Below, piece after piece: positions 50,705 to 61,410 of a DNA stretch of 64,000 nucleotides; the stretch's first letter is position 1, and the number at the start of each line of letters is the position of its first letter. Position numbers and translations under genes: made by a program. This DNA is from Vermamoeba vermiformis (taxonomy: Eukaryota): assembly GCA_045837725.1 (NCBI GenBank), contig JBEWZL010000235.1, forward strand, positions 310,001 through 374,000, read 5' to 3'. Below the pieces are notes generated by a model that did not search any database, was not told the origin of the DNA, and saw only the letters and a list, made by a program, of their open reading frames with translations.

Positions 50705-51315
50705 TAGCCGCCGATTGTGTTCTTTCATGGTTAATTTCTTGTTTTTACCTGCTTTTGTAGTGGATACACAATAAAATGAACTCGGATCTGGAATTCGATT
50801 CATGAAACAGTTCAAATATCAAATCGACTTTACGCGTCTCTATTTAAACCAACAACAGAAAGAATATAAAATCATCGCTTGGAATGTTGTGAAAATTTTA
50901 AGATTTAGTAAATACAACTTAAATGCTTAAACGAAATTGATAGAAGAAATAAGCCAATTTACGTTGGAGTGTTTGCCGAGAAGAAAAATCCTGCAAAGCA
51001 AGGTGTGGGGTTGCTCGACGAGATGAAAATTCAGACGGTTAAATCGTTGGAGCTCGAATGAATTCGGTACAAACTAGTCAATAATTCTTTGGAATAAACG
51101 TTTATGGAAAATCGAGAAGAATACGCGTGCGCTATAAATAATTACACGTACTGACGAACCGTTCGAAATTTCCTTTTTTTTTTTTTTCTCTTCTGCTTTC
51201 TTCTTTTTTCTTTTTTGTAAATTTCTCTTCTCATGCCGGATCTGTTTCCAAAGGGCCCAAACATTTATAGATTGTTGGCAATTGCCATCATTTTCTAGTA
51301 CGAAGTCCTTTAGTA

Positions 51316-51989
51316 TCAGTCTTTGCAAGAGATTGTAACTTTCGTTGCATCCAGTTGTCGAGTGACTTCGAAGTATTGAAGCACGTAATTGAATTGACTT
51401 ATATCAGCAAATGCATAACTACAACAACACTGACAACTCAATTTTCCATACTCTCTGTTGTATCTAAACAAAAAAAGTAGATCAGATCCTCCCGTACAAA
51501 CTAAGACAAATCGTCGGCATATATTACTTACAAGATTGTACTATGCGTGCATTGATCCTTGCGTAGATATTGGCAAAATTTACTCCTTAACTGACGCCAC
51601 GCAGCTTTTCGAAGGTTTGGAAGTACGTCTTGATGAGCCTTATACGTCTTTTGCATCACTTTAATTCGTTTTAAATTGGCTTTACCACCCCTTCGCTTTA
51701 GCAACTCGTTCATAAGACCTTGTCGCTCGATGATTTGTTTCCATAGTTTGCGATCGGATGTCAAACTGTAAAATCTTTGACATGTCTATTAAATATCAAA
51801 ATATCGTTAATATTATGCTCATTAATGTTGTACATACGTTCGATCCAAATTTTACGGATCCAAATGAATCATGGATATTTGTTTTCACTTTACGGCTCCG
51901 AAGATCATCATTTGCATTGGCTCCATCTCTAATAATACTCTTATAATTAAATAATCGTCCAGTTGGCATAGCAATTCCAAAATATTCAT
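51316..51989 (-). CDS. Small F-box protein, paralog 1 (5' frameshift relative to its paralog; possibly a pseudogene)
   Basis: MNILELLCQLDDYLIIRVLLEMEPMQMMIFGA|TCQRFYSLTSDRKLWK. The homologous upstream ATG at 52014 is out of frame. Confidence 0.6.
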
Positions 51990-52245
51990 TTTGAGAGGAC
52001 TCTTGTTTCTCCATTCCTAGATCTTGGTATTATCAGAATAAAACTAGCAGTCGTTGTTTGCTGACAAGCGAACATATTAAACAATCGCACGAACAAGGTG
52101 GTTTTATTCTCGGGTATCGCAGCAGAAAGCAGGAAATTTGTTGGAACCTGTCGATCCACCTTTAGTTCGGAACGAAACTATTTGGAAGGAAATAATCAGC
52201 ATCAAGTCTATTAGACTTTCTTTGAATTGATTAGACTGTTCTTAG

Positions 52246-52977
52246 TTATTCACCAGAGATTACAACTTGGTCGGCATCCATTTGTTGCGTAATTCTGAAG
52301 TACTGTTCTACTTCGGCATAATAAAATACATCGATAGGGCTTGCGAATGAACAGCAATTCGGACATTTTATCTTTCGATATTCTTTATCGTATCTAAACA
52401 ACTTAAAATTAGATCACATCCGCCAAGAAATTAATAAAAATTGTTGGTATTGTTTTGCTTACATTAATGTCATATGCTCGCATCCGGTCTGATCTTTGTA
52501 TAATGTAATTATTGATCTCTTCAACAACCTCCAAGCGGTGTTTCTAAGGTTAGAAAGAAAATTGGTTTCTCGATCGATCTCTTTTCCTTTCTCTAGTAAA
52601 TGAGCCTTATAAGTCTTTTGCATAACTTTAATTCGCTTTAAATTTGCTTTGCCGCCTCGTCTTTTCATCAAAGCGTCTGTAAGACCTTGTCGTTCAATAA
52701 TTAGTCGCCAAACCTTGCGATCTGATGTCAAACGATAAAATTGCCAGCAAGTCTATAAATAAAATATTACGGATTAATATAATATTCGAAAATTAGGCAA
52801 TAAGTCCCTAATTCAACTTACAAATGTCAGATGTAAAGACTTTTGATTACTTACTGCTCCTAAAATCGTCATTTGTATTGGCTCCATCTCTAATAATACT
52901 CGTATTATTAAATAATCATCCAATGTGCTTAATAGCTCTAAAATATTTGTTTCTTGGGCCTCCTCGTTCTTCTCCAT
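52246..52977 (-). CDS. Small F-box protein, paralog 2
   Basis: MEKNEEAQETNILELLSTLDDYLIIRVLLEMEPIQMTILGA|TCWQFYRLTSDRKVWR. Three exons. C-terminal C..H..CPNCC cluster. Confidence 0.75.
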
Positions 52978-53511
52978 GACTAGATCTTGCTTCGTTGCGA
53001 ACCAATAAATAGTTACTATATGCCACTACGTGTGTTGCTATATGACATAACGTCGTCTGGACATAGCGCTGACATTTTGTTGCAAGTTCCGCTGCCCAAG
53101 AAAATTAGAAAATAGATGGAACACCAAAACACAAGAGACGCAACAGGCCATTAATTTTCATGGAATCTGTCATATTTGGATTTTTTTCCAACGGTTAGAT
53201 AAATATGCAACGCTATCCAAGCTAAAATAATGGTTGTGCTAATCCGGATGAATCACTTCTACGCCTACGAAGCACGATATTATATAATTTCCTGCATCTT
53301 AAATATGACTTCTTGCATTAATATTCTGTTACTTCTGCAAAAAACGCTTCATTGTTGTTCACTTCTGATCCAAATCTAAAAACCAGAAGTGCGCGGCGAA
53401 AGTTCTAGTAGTTTACAGCGACAAGCTTCGTTTTTGGCACCGGTGACGCTCGTCGTAAAACCGCAAAATATTCTTTCGCAAAACCACAGGAGCAATTCTA
53501 ACGCAGCAAAC

Positions 53512-54532
53512 ATGTCCAACAACGCTGAAGATTATTTTACGACAAGCAGTGCTCGATCAGACAACGAAAGCTCCAAAATGAAGGTATCTATCGTTAATCT
53601 ATACTATTATGTGGAGGGATACGCATATATTTTGGTGATAAGCCGAAAGCTAATCATTTTTTTTATTCTAGCCTGTTGAGTGGACCGTCAAAGTTCTTGT
53701 AGTGGGCGCTGTAGGCGTAGGAAAAACCTCTATATTGAATAGATATTTAAGAAACCATTTTAGCAACTTTTGGAAAGCAACGGTAAGCTCTAATAATCGT
53801 TTGAATTAATTTCTGATCTATGTTGTCAGATCGGCGTCGACTTTGGAGCCAAGACAGTGCAATACAATGACTATACAAAAGTCAATTTACATTTTTGGGA
53901 TGTAGGAGGTAATAATATAACGAAAATCAGACCTGTTGACTGGTTCTGAAACTCGATCTAGGTCAGGAACGATTCACATCCGTTACCCGTGTGTACTACC
54001 AAAACGCCGGTGCGATCATTATAGTATTCGACGTAACTAGGTAATAACTATCATATTAATCCGCATTCACTTGGAATTAAACATCTCTATGACAGAGAAA
54101 GTACGCTGGTTAACGACGTACTGAAGTGGAAAGAAGATGTTTGCAAGAAAATGGACGCTGAAGAGTTTAAAAACCTTCCTATCATCTTAATTGGCAATAA
54201 GGTACGTTTACTTATCATTCAAAATCGCTTGGAACTCTTCTGACGAAAAGTCGTAGGCGGATGTCGTTTCAAACTGGACCGAGCTGAACAAAGAACGTAT
54301 AGAAGCCATTATTAAGGAGAATCAATTCGCAGGCTGGGGATTAACCTCTGCTAAGCTCAACTCCGGCATTGAAAATATGGTCAACTTGCTTATTGAAAAG
54401 GTATTAGAGAACAAAGAACGCTTAAAACCGAAATACGACCCCAATGCATTCAAACTGAAAGATGAATATTATTACGTCGACGAATACTATGATGATAATG
54501 AAACCTCGAAGTGCAAGTGCGTTATTTCGTAG
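53512..54532 (+). CDS. Rab32/38-like small GTPase, paralog B
   Basis: GAVGVGKTS, WKATIGVDF, WDVGGQERF, IGNKAD, TSAK, C-terminal CKCVIS. Intron positions match paralog A. Confidence 0.85.
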
Positions 54533-54720
54533 ATCGAGCTTGAAGAACTTAAGCAGATCTTTGTATTATACTTGTAAATAGATACTTTTTGTCGATAATT
54601 AGTTTATTCAATGAATTTAACAAAATCTCTTCAAGCTACTAATAATAACACAAAAAGGATGTAGTAACAAAAATTGCGTCGTCCATATCCGGCATTCGGA
54701 TCCTTCCAGATGACCCAATA

Positions 54721-56055
54721 TTACATCATGCTTACTCCTGCGAATCTCAATGACTCGCTGGCCACAAAATCACGAACAGCCGCAAAAACTTTCTCGACCT
54801 GTGTCGTATCCAACGCGCAAGTTACGTGCACTTTGATGTTGTCTTTGGGGATAGTATTGGAACAGCTCAAGTATAATTCCTTGATGAATTCGACGCCCTT
54901 ATTAACGTCTTGGCCTCCTTCGTACTCGGGAAACGTCTCTTTAAGATCCACAGTCAAAATCTTCTTTTCGAACAGATCGATTTTGTTCAAGAACAGCACC
55001 CATGCAGTGTTGAATAACGCGTTGTAATTAATAATATCCTCGAACACGTCCAAGCTCTCTTCAAGCCTAGCAGAATTAATTATTAATATTACATAGCAAC
55101 TCCAAAAATATCGCGCAAAAGTAGCAGATCCGAATAACTCTATTTCGGTTCAAAAATTCTGAAAAATTCTGATACCGCAGTATTTAATTTCTAATCTTAT
55201 TTTAATAATTATTACTTACTTAGTTTTGCCGGGGACTTCAACCGAAACGGCATTCCAGTCATCCAAAGCAGCGACGTAGATCATACCCTTTACGCCTTCG
55301 AAGAACTGAGGCCATTTCCTTCGTTCTGCGCGTTGACCTCCCGGATCTACCAACTCCCAAAGAATTTTCTTGACAAAGAACTCAGTTCTGTTCAGACCGG
55401 TTGATCTCAGACGAGCTCGCAATATATCATCTTCTGTCACTACATAATCAGGGTCGCACAGTTTATGCAAAATTTCCATGCAATATTCAGTGTTTGGTGG
55501 AATCTCGTATCTGTGGCGTTGTTTGAAAACTTCTTGCAAACCTAGACAACGTAAGTTAATAATAATATTATTATAAAAAATATTACCTTTATCGGCCCAA
55601 AATTGGCGAATAGAATCGGCCAATTCGGGGGTGAGAGGAGTTTTGTACGGATCAATCCCTTTAAATTTTGTCAAAAGATCCTTGTTCTCCACAGGAATTT
55701 CCAAATAAGTTGCCTGATTCGACATTTCTTTCATTGCAAGTATTAAGTTGTCAGCCAGCATTTTTTTGTAAACAACTCGGTCCTCGGCAGTAAATCCTCT
55801 CGTGTGTAAAATCTTCATCTGCTTAGCAAGCGTTGTTTTGCCTGAGGAACTGGTGCCCACCAATCCCAATTTCATATGATGTCTAGGGTCTACAGATTTG
55901 CCTCCTTGGCTCGGTGGTAAGCGCACTTTGGACTCGCCCCGATCTCGTTCGCCCGTAGGACTAGATGGGCTTCTATCTTGCAATTCGTCGCCATCACTAG
56001 TACCCGGCCTCGTGTTACGATTGGGAGTCTTATTCTTAGACCCAAAGCATCCCAT
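54721..56055 (-). CDS. Heterotrimeric G-protein alpha subunit, divergent
   Basis: MGC lipidation start, GTSSSGKTT, RARLRSTG, DPGGQRAERRKW, FLNKID, TCALDT. Confidence 0.92.
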
Positions 56056-56474
56056 CTTTTGTGGTACAGCGTTTCGAAAAAAAAAAAATTGCGGTACAAA
56101 ATTAACTAAGCAATTAACCATTTAATTCAATTCGAACAGCGTCAGAACAAAGAAAGACAAGGTAAACTTAAGCTTGCAAATATCCACCTTGGCATTGTCG
56201 TAACGCAACGCATCCAAAAAAACGTACTGCCGCTTCATCAAAAATTTGGAATTCCATTCCAATACCAAAATAAACTTTGGTAATTTACCCTCTGAGGATA
56301 CTATCGCTCCAATACTCTATCATTCAAAAGGAGTCTAAATTTAGCTTCTTCCGTTAGAAAATTTGAGCGAGCGAGCTTGTTGGATCAATGTCGTTTATAA
56401 ATAAAATAGAACTAATACAATCAACTAGTATAATAAATAGCCAACATAGTCTCTATGCGTCGAGTAGGGCGTAC

Positions 56475-59400
56475 TTAACTCAAGAAAGACTTGTTGAGCA
56501 ACAAGATCAAGTTGGACACGTTGAAAGTGACCTTCTCGTCGACAGTGATATTACGCTCGTTGTTATCCTTCTTCTCGAGAAGTTCTTCCAACTCCAAGGG
56601 GGACTTGAGCCACTGGTTGCCGTCGATCTTGGCTTCAATGGTGAATTTACCAATGTCGCCCATGGAGAAGAAATACTTGATCTTGGCTTGCTCGTCCTCG
56701 TTGGCAGTGGTCTCTTCGATGATTCTCGTCTTGCTCAACTCCTTGTGGCTGAACTTGACGGGCTTCTTCTTGTCCTTGGCCTTCTTGGAAGCGTTTTCAC
56801 GGCAACCTTGCAAGTACTTCTCGTACTCGTTGATCTGGTTGCGGATGTACTCGCCATGCTTTTGAAGCTTCTTGATAGCAGCAGTAAGTCTTTCGACTTC
56901 CTTCTTTTGTTGCAAGATCTTTTCGGCACGGTTAGCAACTTCCTAAAAATAAATTAACTGTTAGATTCAGGATCGAGATCGAGCGAATTTTTATCGCGCA
57001 ACACTTACTCTGCTAATGTCCTTCAAGAGCGAGGCGTAGTTGTCCTCAGCAGTGATGACCTTAGCCTTGTCGAGCTTAGAGATGTTCTCCAAAGCCTTAG
57101 CAATGTTCTTTTGCAAGTTGGGCATCTTGTGGTCGTTAGCGAGCTTTTCTCCTTGCTTCAAAATGTTCATCAAAGTGAAAGGAGGCTTGGCAGTCATCGG
57201 GATCTTCTTGAAGCAGCGAATGATGATCTCCTTGGTCTCTTCGTAGAGCTGAGTCTCGGGCGAGATGTCTTCCAACGAGGTCTTGAACTTGGACTCCAAG
57301 TAGAGCTGGATGTCCTTGCCTTCTTCACCGGCATTGTCGGGAACAGCTCCGAGGTCCTTCAACACGATGCGGATCGGGTCTTGAGGGTCGGTAGTGAGCT
57401 GATCGGCGTAAGTGCTCATAGTCTGGTGAGTGTTGATGATTTCTTGAGCAGTGATCAAGATCAAAGGCTTGGTGCGGATAGTCAACTCCATGTACTTGTT
57501 GACTTGCAAGTGCTCTTCGGGCTCAGCGACGTTGATCAACTCTTGCAACAAGTTCAAGAGGTTAGGCTTGTTCTTGACGATCCAGTCGTTCATGGCGAAG
57601 TTAGGATCAGTAGAGCTGAACTCGCTAAAGTTGAAAGCTTGTTGAAGGATTTTACCGACCTACGAAGATAATATTAATATTATGATAATAGAATAAAGGA
57701 TAAGAATTTTTTCGAATTTTTTTTTGTTGCGAATCTGGATGTTGCAACGGATACTTACGGTCAACAAGTTCTTTCTCAACTCAAGAGGCAAGTCAGCAGG
57801 CACGAGCTCGAAGGTCTCAGGTTGAGACAAGGCCAAGTTGATGTAACGGTAGTACACGAAGTAACCGACAATCTTCCAAAACTCTTGTTTGTCAACCTTG
57901 GGGAAGCGCTCAGTGCAAGACTTGAAGATCTGTTTGCAGACCAAGCGAAGACCGTAGGGCATAGTAGTCAAGTTGTCCTTAATTCTCTCGATGAGGTTAG
58001 AGCAGAACTTGGACAATTGAGCAGCGCGTTCATTGACGATCTCCTTAGCCTTTTTCAAGATTTCAGGGTTCTCGTTCATAGACTCTTCGCGGCCCTTCTT
58101 GTCCTTCTTCTTCTTCTTGTCCTCCTTGTTGGGAGTGGCATTGGCCATAGAAGGAGCTAACTTGGCAACAACCTAACGAAAACGCGTTAGCGAATCTGAT
58201 TTTTGTAAGGATCTGAAAACAACTTGTATGCATCTAATAAATATAACTATGGTATTACGAGCGTATACGTACTTGTTTCAAGTCGATGTTCAAGTTCAAG
58301 TCGTCCTTGGAGGTAATCTCCTTGATAACAGGACCAACGGTGGCCTTCAAGTACTCAGTACCTTGACGACGCTTGTTGTAAGTCAAAATCATAGTGTTGA
58401 CAATAGACGATGATTCAGACATGTCCTTGGGGTGAGCAGCGTTCTTGATCTCGGTGGAGATGCACATCTTGAAAAGTTCCATAATAAGAAACTCTTCTCT
58501 GGGAGAGAAGACATCACCGTAGAGAGTGCCCAACATGCTTTCCATAAAAGGAGCGATCTTAGCGGGGTCTCCCAAGTAAGCACTAAAAACAGAAATTTAG
58601 TTAGAAATCCGGATGTGCCGCTGACATTTGTACGTTAACTCGCAGTAAAATCGATATTATATTCAAATAAGCCTATCCATAGTCTACTTACACCTTAGCC
58701 AAGTACTTAGGCTCAGTTTGCAAGAGATAGAACAAGTTAGCGTAACCTTCCATCTTCTTCTTGTCGTTAGTGAAGACTTCCTTAGAAACGGTGTTCTTAG
58801 CGGCCAAAGCAGCTTGTTTCTTCAGTTGCTTCTTCAAGTTGCGATCGATTTCTTGAATAGAAGTTCTGTTGTGAATCAACAACGAGATCTTAGATTCGAG
58901 CTTTTGAAGTTCCTTCTCCAAGCCACGGTTAGTACGGGCTTCTTGAGCCAAACGTTGCTTCAATTCGGCGATATCTAAATAAGGTAAATTAATAACATAG
59001 AAAAAAATTCTCGCGTAAAAACAAATCCGGATGTCGCTCGAGTCAATTTCGCTTTGTGACCGCGCTACTGCTATATTTAATAATAGAATACTTACCAGCA
59101 ACCCAATCGCGCTCTTCACCATCATCGGGAAGCACAGCAATCAAGCTCTACGGGAGATAAAATTTAGATTCAGCTCGCGTAACTTCGCGGTGTTAAAAGG
59201 CTTACCATGAGCTTGTGGAACTCGGGGTCACGAGCAATAGCAAGTTGACGCTCGACTTGGTACTCAGTCATTTCGCGGAGCAACATGCGGACTTGCAGAG
59301 TGAGCAAGAGGCACTTGCGTTGCATAACACGAGCCTCATCTGCTTGAGTGAAGTCGAATTCGGACTCCTAGTGCAATAGAATGGATATATTAGCTTCATA

Positions 59401-61035
59401 TTATTTATTGGCGTTTTAGAGGTAATTATAATATTGTTAACCGGGCTCAAATCCCCCCGTAAACCGTTTTATAAAACTGTTCAAATTAAATTTAAGTTTT
59501 GATTTTATGCAATTGTTTAATTTCCGAAGCGATTTAGAACTTTTTAATTTATTTTGTTGAAAGAATTCGATAAATTAAAAATTTTAATAATAATTAAACA
59601 TTTTAATTAATCAATACTGGCGGTGCGATGCATTGCCCTCGCCCGTTAGCAATAGTAATATCACACGTATTTAGGGAAGTATATAATATTTATTTAACGT
59701 TGCAATACAAATATACAGTACGATCAGCGGGACAGCTGTTGTGCACTTGTGAGTGTCAGTAGCGGTGGTAGGTTCACTTACCCAAGGCGCCGTGTATCGT
59801 GTGGTTTTGTGGCTTACTTCGTGATTAAACTTTGAAAAATGAACGGAAAAGATTCTGCGGTGACGTCAAGCTCCTTCCAAATATGGTCAAAATGGCCAAA
59901 TTCATAGGAAATTCTTGTCCGAAAACTAGAATGACCAATCGTTAGCGAGCTTTGATTCGTTGTCACCGCAAGTCATGTTTTTCATTGTCAAAGTCAGCAC
60001 AAGCCACGTAGCCACACGACGCACTGCACTTGGGTAAGTTTATCGCTAATGACACACGAGCAAGCAGAGCAACCAGCCGCCTTGAACTGTCGTACTGTGC
60101 ATTGTAATTGCAACGCTAAATAAAATTACGTTCACTAAATACTAGTGTCTTATTCACTGAAGCCACGTGCCGAACGTGACCGCGAGCACCGCTGGTATCA
60201 ATTAATTAAAATGTTTAATTATTATTAACATTTTAAATTTACAAATTCTTTCAATAAAATGTAGAAATCGAAGTTCTAAATCGCTTCGCAAATTAAACAT
60301 TTGAATAAAATTAAAACTTTAATTTAATTTGAACAGTTTTATAAAACAGTTTACGGGGGGATTTGAGCCCGGTTAACAATAATTTTAAATTTTAATTTTT
60401 TGTGAGGGACGAAGATTTTTAAGATCACCAAAATCTTTCGAAATCAATTTCTAATCGGAATTAAGAATTCACGGCGAAGCGACGTTACGCCAGAGTTATT
60501 GAAATTACGTAGTCTCGCCGTAAATCTCAGTTTTCAGGTTGAAAAATAAATCCGCTATTTAAACAGTTCGACCATAGTGGCGGTATAATCATAGCGAATA
60601 TTCGATAAACTGGTTGGATGTGATATATTTTCAACACATACCTTGACAATAGTCAAAATGGTGTCCTCACGAGCAACTCTCTTGCGACCAGATGGAGTTC
60701 TTTCATCAGGCTTTTCTTCCCTGCATAATTACAGTTAGAACTATATTTTAATACACGTGGATACGGCAATATCAGCATCAATTAGTAATTTTACGTAAAT
60801 TGTATAAGCGAATCTGAAAGTTAAATTTATCAAAAATTTGATATTGCCTGGTAGCTCTTATTCGAGCTTTGTAACCGGTATAAACGACATAATTCAATAA
60901 TAATTACTTTTTCTCCAACAAGGTGCTAATGCTGGCGGCAATTTGAGTCTCAACGCGCTCTTCCTTGCCCAAAAGCTCATCAGCCAACTCATCTCGGCTA
61001 GATGACTCAGAGTAGCTGCTTTCTTCGTCGCTCAT
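56475..61035 (-). CDS. IQGAP-related RasGAP-domain protein (DGAP1/GAPA-like)
   Basis: YANLFYLLQTEPKYLA, LYGDVFSPREEFLI, MPYGLRLVCKQI, FVYYRYINLAL and a RasGAP_C-like tail (KFSHKEL...FNVSNLILLLNKSF). Confidence 0.88.
59432..60381. mobile_element. ~950-bp foldback / long-TIR non-autonomous DNA element in the RasGAP intron
   Basis: TATTGTTAACCGGGCTCAAATCCCCCCGTAAAC at the left and its exact reverse complement at the right. Imperfect complementarity continues for about 430 bp per arm around a ~100-bp spacer. Confidence 0.9.
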
Positions 61036-61410
61036 TGTGGATAGATGTGGTCTTATACACTAGATAAATATAAATTTGCCTGTTCAAACTCGGCCCAACA
61101 AAATCTCTCAAAAAGATTTCCTCCCGTGGAGCAAAGATTTTTTTGCCTGTCAAATTTCAATGTTGATTCGAACCAAGAGCCGATACGCAGCTAGATACGC
61201 TATTGTAATCTTACTTCGCGATATCAATATTCTCATAATGTGCACTCAATCCAAGGCTTTGCTTTCGCTGTTCGTGAGTATGTTACAGGAACCATACAGT
61301 TGCTGAATTTAATTTGCCATTTAAGACAAAATTATTACGGAATTAATAACAATACTCTTGTATTAGTAGGGTATTAAACATCATTTTTTACGTAATTTGC
61401 TTCAGATCGG

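Larger units (their letters stand above)
42900..50930 (+). repeat. Five-unit tandem array (~1.5-1.9 kb unit: upstream region + gene + 3' flank)
   Basis: Flanks recur in every unit, for example GAATTGTTTCGGGAATTGTCCGACTT, AACTTGGAGTTACC and TGCTTTTGTAGTCGGTACACAAATAAA...GGATCTGGAATTC. Confidence 0.95.

Noticed and set aside
42900-50930. A complete diversity-generating retroelement or a CRISPR-like array
   Set aside because: No reverse transcriptase, no non-coding template repeat and no short repeat-spacer structure. The units are whole genes with their flanks.
51796-52014. 72-aa ORF MEKQESSQ...
   Set aside because: Wrong frame relative to the F-box paralog, and it runs into the intron.
60510-60554. 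Possible extra exon in the long RasGAP intron
   Set aside because: The flanking exons already join in phase 0 (IVK|ESEF), and the candidate's open frame has incompatible phases.
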